Shown here piece after piece: positions 18,654-28,165 of a stretch of DNA of 64,000 nucleotides. Positions within the stretch are counted from its first letter, which is position 1. Every line of letters starts with the position of its first letter. The DNA is from an uncultured Chitinophagaceae bacterium (GTDB lineage: Bacteria > Bacteroidota > Bacteroidia > Chitinophagales > Chitinophagaceae). Position numbers and translations under genes: made by a program. The notes beneath the pieces are model-generated. The model was not told where the DNA came from. It did not search any database and was given only the letters and a program-made list of their open reading frames with translations. The stretch lies in NCBI GenBank assembly GCA_938017685.1, contig CALIIL010000085.1, positions 2,819 to 66,818 on the forward strand. The letters are read 5' to 3'.

Positions 18654-18675
18654 CCAAGAATAAGAACAATAGACT

Positions 18676-18990
18676 ATGACAATTATAATAAATAGAGGTG
18701 AGAATGTAGAAACGAATGAGCGCACAACTGAATATTTTTCAGAGGCCGTGAAGAAGGATTTAGACCGTTTTGCCGAGCATTTAACTCGTATTGAAGTACA
18801 CTTCTCAGATATTAATGGAGATAAGGGAGGTCCTGAGGATAAGAAATGTGTAATAGAAGCTCGTATGAAAAATAGAGAGCCGCTCGCTGTGACAGCTCAA
18901 GAGGATGCTATGGAAAAAGCATTTAACTCCGCGCTCGGAAAAGTAAAAGCATCTATGACAACCATTGTTGGTAAAATGAGAAATCATTAG
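18676..18990 (+). CDS. HPF/RaiA family ribosome-associated protein (short form)
   Basis: 104 aa. The pattern ...RIEVHFSD.NG.K.G..DK.C..EAR...R.P.AVT resembles the short HPF/RaiA-like proteins of Bacteroidota. Call is from memory. Confidence 0.55.
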   Translation: MTIIINRGENVETNERTTEYFSEAVKKDLDRFAEHLTRIEVHFSDINGDKGGPEDKKCVIEARMKNREPLAVTAQEDAMEKAFNSALGKVKASMTTIVGKMRNH

Positions 18991-18998
18991 ACATACAA

Positions 18999-20045
18999 AT
19001 GAAAAAACTGTCTAAACAATTTGGTGGCAAGCTTACCGAGGCTTGGCAAAAAGTATACAAGACTTCCCCACAATGGAACGGTAAGAAGTTTGAAAATGCG
19101 GAGCCGATTAGTTTTGATTTTAGTTTTCAGTCTTTACCCAAGTTCTTGCAAAAGCAATTTCTCGCACGAAAAACGCGTTCGCCAGAAAAACCATTGCCAG
19201 TAGCACCGTTTAACCTAAAAGGTTTTTTAGCGCCGAGCGATCGTGTTAAGTATATATGGTTTGGGCACTCAGTTGTTTTATTACGTTTAAGCGGTAAGAC
19301 TATTTTAATAGACCCGATGTTTGGAGACAATGCATCACCTATTGCACCATTTGCTACCAAGCGTTTTTCTGAAAATACCTTGGGTATTATAGATCAGTTG
19401 CCTTCGATTGATTTGGTATTGATTACACACGATCATTATGATCATTTAGATTTGGATAGTATGCTACGCTTGTTCCCAAAAGTTAAGCAGTTTTATACTT
19501 CGCTTGGAGTAGAGCGCCACTTAATTAGCTGGGGCGTACCTAAGGCAAGTATAACATCTTTTGATTGGTGGGATAATCAATTGTTTGAGGATATTAATAT
19601 TCACTTTACACCAACACAGCATGCTTCAGGTCGCGGCTTGAGAGATCAGTCTAAATGTTTGTGGGGAGGTTGGGTTTTAGAAACGGAGCAGGAGAGTATT
19701 TATTTTTCTGGCGACGGTGGGTATAACAAGCATTTTAAAGAAATAGGAAAGCGCTTTAAGAAATTTGATATTGGCTTCATGGAATGTGGTCAGTATAATG
19801 AAAATTGGCATGCGATACATATGTTCCCTGAGGAGAGTGTACAAGCGGCTATAGACACATTTGTTGAAGTTGCCATACCCGTACATTGGTGCGGTTTTGC
19901 CTTGGCGCAGCATAGTTGGAAAGAACCGGTAGAGCGATTTATTGAGGAAGCGAAGAAGCAAAATAGACCATATCATTTACCAGTGATTGGCGCATTAAAT
20001 TCAGGTGAACTTAGCACAATAGAATGGTTTCAAGATTATACTTAA
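18999..20045 (+). CDS. MBL-fold metallo-hydrolase (NAPE-PLD-like)
   Basis: ITHDHYDHLD metal-binding motif; 348 aa. Confidence 0.8.
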   Translation: MKKLSKQFGGKLTEAWQKVYKTSPQWNGKKFENAEPISFDFSFQSLPKFLQKQFLARKTRSPEKPLPVAPFNLKGFLAPSDRVKYIWFGHSVVLLRLSGKTILIDPMFGDNASPIAPFATKRFSENTLGIIDQLPSIDLVLITHDHYDHLDLDSMLRLFPKVKQFYTSLGVERHLISWGVPKASITSFDWWDNQLFEDINIHFTPTQHASGRGLRDQSKCLWGGWVLETEQESIYFSGDGGYNKHFKEIGKRFKKFDIGFMECGQYNENWHAIHMFPEESVQAAIDTFVEVAIPVHWCGFALAQHSWKEPVERFIEEAKKQNRPYHLPVIGALNSGELSTIEWFQDYT

Positions 20046-20082
20046 TAACTCTCTTTAAATACTAAACTAATTATAATCACAT

Positions 20083-20111
20083 AAGCCTCGACTTCGGTTG
20101 TGGCTTTTTTT
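20083..20111. terminator. imperfect hairpin plus T-run after the MBL hydrolase gene
   Basis: Stem aagcctcgac/gttgtggctt (one mismatch, one G-U) with a ttcg loop, then T7. Confidence 0.45.
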
Positions 20112-20505
20112 ATTGATGGTTTTTAGAAAGTTTTAATTCCCAGAGAGCAATGGATAGAACAATAATTATTTCGATAATAAAATAACTGATACCCCAAGCG
20201 CTTAAAAACTGCCAATGTATTGCAAGCATCACAATGGAAATTATACAATATATCACATTGGCTATGGCTATGAAATAAAGGTATTGTTGCCAGGGTTCAA
20301 TTTTTTTAAAGTAGCAGTAGAAATCATAAATGACAAAGAAAACAGGAATGGCTGCTAAGAAATATAAGGTAGTCAATGGCATGCCAATGGCACTTTGAAA
20401 TAAAGGTAAAATAAGCCCTAATAAAAAGATAGATAATAGAGCACCCAAGCCATCCAATAAGAAAAGGGCATGTGGGTTCTTGTTTATTTTATCAATGAAC
20501 TGCAT
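20110..20505 (-). CDS. 4-TM membrane protein, unknown function
   Basis: Four hydrophobic segments; no recognisable motif. Confidence 0.55.
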   Translation of the reverse strand: MQFIDKINKNPHALFLLDGLGALLSIFLLGLILPLFQSAIGMPLTTLYFLAAIPVFFVIYDFYCYFKKIEPWQQYLYFIAIANVIYCIISIVMLAIHWQFLSAWGISYFIIEIIIVLSIALWELKLSKNHQ

Positions 20506-20555
20506 GGTCTTGCTTGTAAAAATACTGCATATTGTTTAGTCTTGAATTCTTGTTC

Positions 20556-22046
20556 TTATTGCTTGTCCAATTGTTTTAAAAAACGCTCTGCATTTTTCAA
20601 ATGAGTTGTTTGTTTCTCTTTATCCATTTTTTCAAATAGCCTTGCCATCATCGCCATGCGTGGGTTTGATAAGAAAAAATCTTTTTGATTATCAATAAAG
20701 TTCCAAAACAATCCGTCCCATATTGGTTGCCAATCTCCTTTGGAATAATCACTCATTTTCTTTAAATAGTTGGAGCCACTTATATAAGGTTTGGTTGCAA
20801 AGAAACCTCCATCGGCAAATTGGCTCATGCCATAAACGTTGGGCACCATGACCCAGTCATAGGCATCAATAAATAGTTCCATAAACCATCGGTACACTTC
20901 TTTGGGGTCAAATTCACACAAGAGCATAAAGTTGCCTAAAATCATTAGGCGTTCTATGTGATGGCAGTAGCCTGTTTTTAAAACTTTTTTAATCGTATCA
21001 TCTAATGGTGTAATGCCTGTTGTACCATCGTAAAATGAAGGTGGTATTTTACGGGTGAAGTTCCAAAAGTTGCTCGTGCGGGATTGAACACCTTTGCAGT
21101 CGTACATGCCTCTTATAAATTCTCGCCAACCTATGATTTGTCGCACAAAGCCTTCGGTCGAGTTTAAAGGGATGTTTTCTTTTTGAGCTATTTGAAGGGC
21201 CTCATTTAAGACCATTTGCGGAGGGAGTAACCCTACATTTATCAAAGGAGAAAGTATACTGTGGTTTAGAAATATTTCTTTGCTTACAATCGCATCTTCA
21301 AACTCGCCAAAGTCATAAAATCGATGCGCTAGAAATTGATGAAGCCACGCTTTGGCACTTACATAATCAGTGGGGTAGATGCTTGTATTGTCTAGTTGGC
21401 CCGGATTATTGATGTAATGTTTACTTACATATTGCACCGCCTCTAACCAAGCTTCGTTCGTTTGAGGAAATTGTATTGTTGGTGGTAATTTTTTCTTGGG
21501 ATACTTTTTTCTATTCTCTGTATCGTAGGTCCATTTGCCTCCTTCGGGCTCACCGTTTTTATCTAGTAGTATATTTCTTTTTGTACGCTCTTTCTTGTAG
21601 AAAGTTGTTTGAAAAAACGATTTTTTATCCTTTCTAAAAAATGTGTTGAGTTCCTCTCGTGTGTTCAGGAATAGAGGGTTTTCGTATTCTTTAAATGTTA
21701 TGCTGCTATTTTCCTCACAAGTCTTAATACGTTTTGATAGCCAATAGTCAGTTGGGTCTATGTAATGAATAGTAGAGCATTTTTCATGCTCAATAATATG
21801 TGGAATGAGCTTTCTGATATCAGCTACATCTTCATGACTTTCAATATATTTTATTTTTACATTTTTAGAAAGTAGGTGCTGTTCAAATGTTTTCATACTT
21901 GCTCTATGGAAGGCAAGCTTTTGTTTATGAAAAGCATATTGTTTAAAATATAAATATTCTTCTACAATATAAATAGTATCGCATTGCTCATATAATAAGT
22001 GTTGTTCAAAAAGTTGGTGAGGGAATAGTATTCCAATATTAGCCAT
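20556..22046 (-). CDS. cryptochrome/photolyase family protein (COG3046-type photolyase-related)
   Basis: 496 aa. The block TGYCHHIERLMILGNF and the C-terminal FAD-binding-like region are typical of photolyase-related proteins. Confidence 0.75.
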   Translation of the reverse strand: MANIGILFPHQLFEQHLLYEQCDTIYIVEEYLYFKQYAFHKQKLAFHRASMKTFEQHLLSKNVKIKYIESHEDVADIRKLIPHIIEHEKCSTIHYIDPTDYWLSKRIKTCEENSSITFKEYENPLFLNTREELNTFFRKDKKSFFQTTFYKKERTKRNILLDKNGEPEGGKWTYDTENRKKYPKKKLPPTIQFPQTNEAWLEAVQYVSKHYINNPGQLDNTSIYPTDYVSAKAWLHQFLAHRFYDFGEFEDAIVSKEIFLNHSILSPLINVGLLPPQMVLNEALQIAQKENIPLNSTEGFVRQIIGWREFIRGMYDCKGVQSRTSNFWNFTRKIPPSFYDGTTGITPLDDTIKKVLKTGYCHHIERLMILGNFMLLCEFDPKEVYRWFMELFIDAYDWVMVPNVYGMSQFADGGFFATKPYISGSNYLKKMSDYSKGDWQPIWDGLFWNFIDNQKDFFLSNPRMAMMARLFEKMDKEKQTTHLKNAERFLKQLDKQ

Positions 22047-22097
22047 TGCGCTGCAAAACTAACATTTGGCCAAATAACCATCTATCACTTTACTCTA

Positions 22098-23681
22098 TTA
22101 CGAACTGCAACTCAACATAGAGCAACCAACTTTGTTGCGCGCCCAATCAGGTCGCTTGGCAAACCATTGTTCATGTTCGGGCTGCTCATCGTACGGCTTT
22201 TTAAGTAGTTGATACAATTCATCAATCAATTTGTAATCACCTTTGTCTGCATTGTCTATGGCTAGTTGTGCCATATAATTGCGTAATACGTATTTGGGAT
22301 TTACGCTGTTCATTTTTACTTTACGATCTGCATCTGATTGTTTTTCTCTATTTAATCGTTGGAGATATTGCGTAAACCATTGATGCCAATTTTCTTTTAC
22401 TTCACTATCAAAATCACTTGGTGTATAGAAAGCATCTTTTATTATGTCAATCGCTTCATTATTAGACATAACTCTTTTTACATTAGCTAAATTTCTAAAG
22501 AAAATGGTCATGTCTGTTTCAATGGCTCGTAAGTTTTTTTGTAAGTCTAAAATTAATTGGCTGTCTGCTTTTGTGTTTGTCATCCTGAGCTTGTCGAAGG
22601 AAAGACCCATTTTATCCAACATCATGAAGTGATATTTTTTAGCAAAAGCTTCGTTGAAACTATTGAGCACAACTTCCATTGCATCTACATCTTCTATTAT
22701 GGGATAGAGCGCATTGCCTAATTGTACTACATTCCATAGCACAATACTCGGTTGGTTTCCAAAACGATATCGTTTGCCTGAAGCATCTGTTGTATTGGGT
22801 GTCCAATCAGGATCGTAACCTTCTAACCAACCATAGGGTCCGTAGTCTATCGTTAGTCCAAGGATAGACATATTGTCTGTATTCATTACGCCATGCACAA
22901 AACCTACACGCTGCCAATGGATAACCATATCCAAGCTGCGTTCCATCACTTCTTTATAAAACTGAATGTAAGCTTCTTTGCCCGTCCCTTTTATATGCGG
23001 GTAAAAATGTTTGATGGTATAATCGACAAGGGCTTTTAAATTCTTCGTGTCTTTACGCGCCATAAAGATCTGTAAGTTGCCAAAGCGAATAAAACTCGGT
23101 GCAACACGACACACAACGGCACCTTTTTCATAAGCAGGGTTGCCATTGTACATGATATCGCGCATGACTTGAACTCCTGTAATGGACAGCGATAATGAGC
23201 GGGTAGTAGGCACACCCAAATGATACATGGCCTCGCTACATAAATGCTCGCGTATAGATGAGCGAAGCACGGCTAAGCCATCTGCCGTGCGTGAGTATGG
23301 AGTAGCGCCCGCACCTTTAAGTTGTAATGCCCAACGATTATTATTGTACACAATTTCCATTAAATTAATGGCACGACCATCGCCCAACTGACCTGCCCAA
23401 TTGCCAAATTGATGTCCGGCATAACACATGGCATAGGGATGGGTGTCCGGGTAAATGGCTGCGCCGGTAAATATATTTTTGAATAAGTCACTTTTAGCTT
23501 CTTCCGCAGTGATGCCTAACTCTTTTAGCATTTCTTCAGATATGTGTAGCACTTTTGGCGCGCTTGGTACTCGAGGCGTTACAAAAGAATAAGCTGCTTC
23601 CTCCACTTGACGTCGGGTGTTCTCTTTGATCGGGTCGGCGGGTAGTTCTTTATTGAAAGTGTCTTGTATGTTTAGGTTCAT
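22098..23681 (-). CDS. selO: protein adenylyltransferase SelO (YdiU)
   Basis: Blocks YAGHQFG, LGDGRA and HGVMNTDN; C-terminus ends in ...LSCSS. Confidence 0.9.
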   Translation of the reverse strand: MNLNIQDTFNKELPADPIKENTRRQVEEAAYSFVTPRVPSAPKVLHISEEMLKELGITAEEAKSDLFKNIFTGAAIYPDTHPYAMCYAGHQFGNWAGQLGDGRAINLMEIVYNNNRWALQLKGAGATPYSRTADGLAVLRSSIREHLCSEAMYHLGVPTTRSLSLSITGVQVMRDIMYNGNPAYEKGAVVCRVAPSFIRFGNLQIFMARKDTKNLKALVDYTIKHFYPHIKGTGKEAYIQFYKEVMERSLDMVIHWQRVGFVHGVMNTDNMSILGLTIDYGPYGWLEGYDPDWTPNTTDASGKRYRFGNQPSIVLWNVVQLGNALYPIIEDVDAMEVVLNSFNEAFAKKYHFMMLDKMGLSFDKLRMTNTKADSQLILDLQKNLRAIETDMTIFFRNLANVKRVMSNNEAIDIIKDAFYTPSDFDSEVKENWHQWFTQYLQRLNREKQSDADRKVKMNSVNPKYVLRNYMAQLAIDNADKGDYKLIDELYQLLKKPYDEQPEHEQWFAKRPDWARNKVGCSMLSCSS

Positions 23682-23687
23682 GATTTA

Positions 23688-24083
23688 TTATTTTAATTGA
23701 GATGCTTGAAATACTAATTCATTGCCCAACATTCTTTTTAAATGTGCTCTGTCGGCAATTTTTTGAAACTTATTTTTTAGCACAACTGATAAGTTATCGT
23801 TGAATATAAGCTGCGTCTCAATAATTTTTGATTTTTCTTTTTCTTCGTTCGTTCTCAATGTTACTTGAACAGAATAATCATTGAGTTCTAGCTGCATTAG
23901 ATTTGCTTTACTTTTTATTTCTTCTAGAATATCTTTTGCAATAGCTGTAACAATCATATCCATAGGAGTTAATTGATCGAATGAAGTAGGAGCTCCCTTG
24001 CTCTGTAAGCTTATATGGATATTCTTATAACTTAAGTCTATAATGCGCATGCTTAGTTTTTTTTTGTACTTAAATAGGCTCAA
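23688..24083 (-). CDS. hypothetical protein (possibly OsmC-like fold) immediately upstream of selO
   Basis: ORF ends 6 nt before the selO start. Weak resemblance of TPMDMIVTAIAKD... to the OsmC core. The TTG start is uncertain; an alternative ATG is at 24050. Confidence 0.4.
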   Translation of the reverse strand: MSLFKYKKKLSMRIIDLSYKNIHISLQSKGAPTSFDQLTPMDMIVTAIAKDILEEIKSKANLMQLELNDYSVQVTLRTNEEKEKSKIIETQLIFNDNLSVVLKNKFQKIADRAHLKRMLGNELVFQASQLK

Positions 24084-24166
24084 ACATATTGATCGAGTGC
24101 TCTGTTCAATATGCTCGGCTCTTGTTCAAAGTAAAGGCTAAAAGAGCATTTCTAGCCATGAAATAA

Positions 24167-24174
24167 TACATTTG
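24167..24174 (+). promoter_or_regulatory. Bacteroidetes -7 box (TACATTTG) upstream of phnA
   Basis: Exact TAnnTTTG. The ORF-track TTG start (24172) lies inside it, so ATG 24181 is favoured. Confidence 0.4.
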
Positions 24175-24180
24175 CGACTT

Positions 24181-24756
24181 ATGGCAATAGATAAAACCTT
24201 AGTTGAAAGAAGTAAAGGCGAGTGCGAATTGAGTAATGAAAAAAGTGATGCGCTTTTTGCATTTACCGTAGCACCTAAAAATGACTTGCCTGAGCACCAA
24301 GTAGTCGTAAGTAAAGAAGTGTTGGATAAGCTTCAAAGTGAAGATTATGCTGATGGTAATTTTTGGCGTTTTTTGACAGGGAGTATTTGGAGCGAAGTGC
24401 CGGCTGTTCAAGTGTTGTCTTATAAGTTGTTGGATAAATTAAATGCTCATGATTGGGCTAAAGAAGCTTTAGAAAATGCTTATTTAGACGATGAATTATT
24501 ATCTTGGGCTAATGCCGAAAAAAATGCTGAAGCAAATAAAGTAGTGCATAAAGACGCCTATGGTACTGTTTTGCAAACGGGTGATAGTATAAACTTGACG
24601 GAGAACTTAAATGTAAAAGGCACAAACTTCATTGCACCAAAAGGAACTAAAGTGGTAAAAATAAGATTGGTACCAGATAACGAGGAGCAGATTGAAGGGA
24701 AGGTAAATGGCAATACGATTGTGATCTTGACCAAGTTTGTGCGCAAGAGTATGTAA
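24181..24756 (+). CDS. phnA: PhnA domain protein (alkylphosphonate utilisation operon protein PhnA-like)
   Basis: C-terminal block DAYGTVLQTGDSI...VKG...KGTKV..IRLV....IEGKV.G..IVILTKFVRK is the PhnA C-terminal domain. Confidence 0.75.
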   Translation: MAIDKTLVERSKGECELSNEKSDALFAFTVAPKNDLPEHQVVVSKEVLDKLQSEDYADGNFWRFLTGSIWSEVPAVQVLSYKLLDKLNAHDWAKEALENAYLDDELLSWANAEKNAEANKVVHKDAYGTVLQTGDSINLTENLNVKGTNFIAPKGTKVVKIRLVPDNEEQIEGKVNGNTIVILTKFVRKSM

Positions 24757-24772
24757 GTTTTTCGAGACTTAT

Positions 24773-24780
24773 TATATTTG
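24773..24780 (+). promoter_or_regulatory. Bacteroidetes -7 box (TATATTTG) upstream of the EEP gene
   Basis: Exact TAnnTTTG, 16 nt upstream of ATG 24797. Confidence 0.4.
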
Positions 24781-24796
24781 AGTTAAACCATTTCCT

Positions 24797-25780
24797 ATGA
24801 AGACAGAACATTTTATCTATTGGTGGAATCTTGAAAATCTATTCGATGTTGCCAATTCTAAAGACCGACCTGATTGGTTACAAAAGAAAATAAAGAGAGA
24901 ATTAAAAGGTTGGACAGCCACAGTTCTTAATAAGAAGATTGGAAATATTGCTTCAATTCTCCAAAAAATGAATAACGGTTTAGGTCCTGATATCTTAGGC
25001 GTGTGTGAAATAGAAAATGAAGCTGTTGTACAACGATTGATGGATAAAGTAGGTAAAGTATTAAACAGGAGCTACAAAGTATTACATCATAATTCAAAAG
25101 ATAAACGAGGAATTGATATTGCCATTATTTATGATAGTGACAAGTATACTGATGACGGTCATATATTTAGTTTAGAAGTTATGAAACGAAATGCAACGCG
25201 CAATTTGTTTCAAGTAAACTTGACTACTAAAAAGGGAAATGAATTAATTCTGATTGGGAATCATTGGCCAGCTCGTTTGGGCGGAAAGTATGAATCGGAG
25301 CCATATCGGATGATGGTAGGTGAGATATTAAGTTATTGGATTGAACGAATTCATGACATAAAATACGAACAGAAAAAAGAAAAGAACCCCGCTATTGTTT
25401 TAATGGGCGATTTTAATGATGAACCTTTTGATCGGTCACTCACCGAGTATTTGCGCAGTACACCTAATTTAGAAAAAGTAAAAAACTCAACGAGTCACAT
25501 TCTTTATAACTTAATGTATCAATTTGTTGATGGTAAATTTGGGACTCATGTTTATGGTAATGAGATTGGGCTGTTAGATCAATTCATAGTGTCAAAATCT
25601 TTAGTTGTAAACTCTAGTAAATATCCATTTCAAGTAAAAGGTACGAAGATTGTGCATTTTCCTGAAATGGTCAAAGGTGATTATAATACACCTGTACGTT
25701 TCTCGCGACCTACGAAAGCAGATTATAACGAGCATGGCTTTAGTGACCACTTGCCAATCAAATTGGTTTTAGAGGAGTAG
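24797..25780 (+). CDS. endonuclease/exonuclease/phosphatase (EEP) family protein
   Basis: WNLENLFD start, GVCEIEN, GDFND and SDHLP blocks. Confidence 0.8.
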   Translation: MKTEHFIYWWNLENLFDVANSKDRPDWLQKKIKRELKGWTATVLNKKIGNIASILQKMNNGLGPDILGVCEIENEAVVQRLMDKVGKVLNRSYKVLHHNSKDKRGIDIAIIYDSDKYTDDGHIFSLEVMKRNATRNLFQVNLTTKKGNELILIGNHWPARLGGKYESEPYRMMVGEILSYWIERIHDIKYEQKKEKNPAIVLMGDFNDEPFDRSLTEYLRSTPNLEKVKNSTSHILYNLMYQFVDGKFGTHVYGNEIGLLDQFIVSKSLVVNSSKYPFQVKGTKIVHFPEMVKGDYNTPVRFSRPTKADYNEHGFSDHLPIKLVLEE

Positions 25781-25786
25781 TATTAC

Positions 25787-25794
25787 TATTTTTG
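25787..25794 (+). promoter_or_regulatory. Bacteroidetes -7 box (TATTTTTG) upstream of the AI-2E transporter gene
   Basis: Exact TAnnTTTG ending 5 nt before ATG 25800. Confidence 0.3.
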
Positions 25795-25799
25795 GCGTA

Positions 25800-26831
25800 A
25801 TGAATTTAAGTAAAGGAGCTAACTTATCAATCATACTTTTCTTTATAGGAATTGTATTGATTTATGGACAGGATTTCTTAATTCCTTTTGTTCTCGCTGT
25901 TTTTATTTGGTTTATTATTCGTGAGATCAAAAAAGTCTTGCGCCGAAGCAAACATTTTCGCTTGTTTTTGCCCAATTGGTTAGAGAACTTGATTGCTTCA
26001 CTTTTTTTCTTTGGGCTTATTGTATTCTTTGTTCAAGTACTTACAAGTAATATCGAAGCCTTATCTAGTAATCTCGCTCTGTACCAAGCTAATATCTCCA
26101 ACATTGCCGATAAGATTAATCAATTACTTAATATAGATATTGTAAAACAGTTAAATGAAATGAGTGGAGGTTTGCAATTTGCAGATATTTTGGGCAATGT
26201 CTTTAATGTGGTTAGTTCTCTTTTAGGGAATATTTTTATAATCCTGATTTACGTTTTATTTCTGTTTTTAGAGGAGTTTGGTTTTCAGGATAAGATTAAG
26301 GCGGTCTTGGCTAATTCTTCTGAAAAGGGGCGAGTATTTTCAATTATGGATAAGGTAGATGTTTCTATCGGACGTTATCTAGCATTGAAAACATTGGTTA
26401 GTTTGCTAACAGGAGTTTTGAGTTTTGTAGTACTTAAAATCATCGGTGTTGATGGCGCTGCTTTTTGGGCTTTCCTGATTTTTATCATGAATTTTATTCC
26501 AACGATTGGTTCTTTAATTGCGACTATTTTCCCTACAGTATTTGCCTTGTTGCAATTTGGAGAGTTTGCTCCTGCTATCTGGGTGTTGGTTATTGTTTCA
26601 GGCATACAGTTTTTGGTAGGAAATGTAATTGAACCTAAACTCATGGGCGATTCAATGAATTTAAGTTCGTTGGTAGTCATCTTGGCGCTTTCCCTTTGGG
26701 GAGCTTTATGGGGCGTTACAGGCATGGTTTTAAGTGTGCCCATAACGGTTGTTATGCTAATCGTTTTCTCAGAAATTCCCGCCACGCGACCTATTGCTAT
26801 GTTACTTTCTGAGAAGGGTCAGATTGAGTAG
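25800..26831 (+). CDS. AI-2E family transporter (PerM-like permease)
   Basis: 343-aa polytopic protein with NFIPTIGS and LSVPIT blocks. Confidence 0.8.
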   Translation: MNLSKGANLSIILFFIGIVLIYGQDFLIPFVLAVFIWFIIREIKKVLRRSKHFRLFLPNWLENLIASLFFFGLIVFFVQVLTSNIEALSSNLALYQANISNIADKINQLLNIDIVKQLNEMSGGLQFADILGNVFNVVSSLLGNIFIILIYVLFLFLEEFGFQDKIKAVLANSSEKGRVFSIMDKVDVSIGRYLALKTLVSLLTGVLSFVVLKIIGVDGAAFWAFLIFIMNFIPTIGSLIATIFPTVFALLQFGEFAPAIWVLVIVSGIQFLVGNVIEPKLMGDSMNLSSLVVILALSLWGALWGVTGMVLSVPITVVMLIVFSEIPATRPIAMLLSEKGQIE

Positions 26832-26960
26832 TTATTAATTGTATTAGTTATAAACTAGTTGATACTGTCGTAATTTATTATTGAAGATGCAATAATGTAT
26901 TGCTTAAAATAGTCTTTTCTATCTAAAAAAAATATACAATACATTTCATATTTTTACTTC

Positions 26961-27650
26961 ATGGCACAACTTACTAAAGCAAATTTTAAATTCTTAGATG
27001 ATTTATCAAAGAATAACAATCGACCTTTTTTTGAAAAGAATAAAGCGACTTATCAAAAGTATCACGAAGAGGTGATTGCCTTTGCTGATGCCGTGCTAGC
27101 TGAAGTCAATAAATTTGATGTTGTTGATACACCCACAGGTAAGAAATCCTTGCATAGAATTTATAGAGATGTACGCTTCTCTAAAGATAAAACGCCGTAT
27201 AAAACGCATTGGAGTGGTGGTTTTAAGCGTTCTGGCGAAGCTAGACGCGGTGGGTTGTATTATCATTTAGAAAAAGGTAACTTTTTTGTAGGAGGTGGTT
27301 TCTGGGCGCCAGATGCTAAGGATCTATTGCACATAAGAAAGCAAATAGATTTAGATGCAAAACCTTTGCGAAAGGTGATAAATAGTAAAGCGTTTAAAGA
27401 TTACTTTGGAGTATTAGAAGGAGATAAATTAAAGAGTAAACCCAAGGGGTTTGAAAAGGATAACCCTAACATTGATTTATTGAATCATAAGCAATTTATT
27501 ATTTGGCATAAGTTTACAGATAAGGAGGCCTTTGCTCCTGATTTTTATAAAGAGGTCGCCAAAGGTTTAAAAAAAATGTTGCCCATGTTCAATGTGATAA
27601 CGGATTATTTAACCACTAATTTGAATGGTGAAAGCATATTAAAAAAATAA
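26961..27650 (+). CDS. DUF2461 (TIGR02453) family protein
   Basis: Blocks FLDDLSKNNNRPFFEKNK, RIYRDVRFSKDKTPYKTH and GGGFW. Confidence 0.75.
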   Translation: MAQLTKANFKFLDDLSKNNNRPFFEKNKATYQKYHEEVIAFADAVLAEVNKFDVVDTPTGKKSLHRIYRDVRFSKDKTPYKTHWSGGFKRSGEARRGGLYYHLEKGNFFVGGGFWAPDAKDLLHIRKQIDLDAKPLRKVINSKAFKDYFGVLEGDKLKSKPKGFEKDNPNIDLLNHKQFIIWHKFTDKEAFAPDFYKEVAKGLKKMLPMFNVITDYLTTNLNGESILKK

Positions 27651-28165
27651 TGAAATGCTTCAAAACTAAATTGGCCAAGTTTACGGACAATCCTTTGTGT
27701 TCCTATCATATTAAAGTCCCTTTAGAGCTTGTTGAGTTTTATAAAAAAGAAAAGCAGACGCGTTTTTTGGTTACCTTAAATAAAAGCTTGCAGTTTCATG
27801 CGGCTATTAATGCTGCGGGCAATGAGTATTATTTTATTTATATGAATAAAGAGCGTTCTAAACGATTAAAACTGCGAGAAGGAAGTCCAATAGAGGTGCA
27901 AATAGAAAAAGATACGTCTGATTATGGCATGCCATTGCCACAAGAGTTTGCTGAGTTGTTTGATGCAGATGAGGAGTTTAATGAACTATTTCATGCACTA
28001 ACACCTGGTAAGCAGCGCTCACTTTTCTATATAGTTGATAAAATAATGTCTTTGGAGAAAAGAGCAATTAAAGCCATTGTCATTGCGGAGCATATAAAAA
28101 TTTATAGAGGAGCTCTGGATTTTAAAATATTAAATCAGGCCTTTAAAGAAGCAAATAATCGCTAG
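27650..28165 (+). CDS. YdeI/OmpD-associated family protein (DUF1905-like N-terminus)
   Basis: Start overlaps the upstream stop (TAATG). The C-terminal LTPGKQRSLFYIV block is typical of YdeI-like proteins. Confidence 0.6.
   Translation: MKCFKTKLAKFTDNPLCSYHIKVPLELVEFYKKEKQTRFLVTLNKSLQFHAAINAAGNEYYFIYMNKERSKRLKLREGSPIEVQIEKDTSDYGMPLPQEFAELFDADEEFNELFHALTPGKQRSLFYIVDKIMSLEKRAIKAIVIAEHIKIYRGALDFKILNQAFKEANNR

Noticed and set aside
20556-22046. The photolyase-related protein might be an Fe-S cluster (FeS-BCP/CryPro-type) (6-4) photolyase.
   Set aside because: I could not identify the expected four-Cys pattern with a CxxC spacing by eye. Only scattered Cys are present (YDC, GYCHH, LLCEF). Subfamily assignment needs an alignment, so only the generic family call is reported.
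22098-22112. The SelO C-terminus ends ...SCSS. This raises the question of selenocysteine recoding, since eukaryotic SelO carries Sec near its C-terminus.
   Set aside because: There is no in-frame TGA. The ORF ends at a normal stop with Cys at the equivalent position, as is usual for bacterial SelO.
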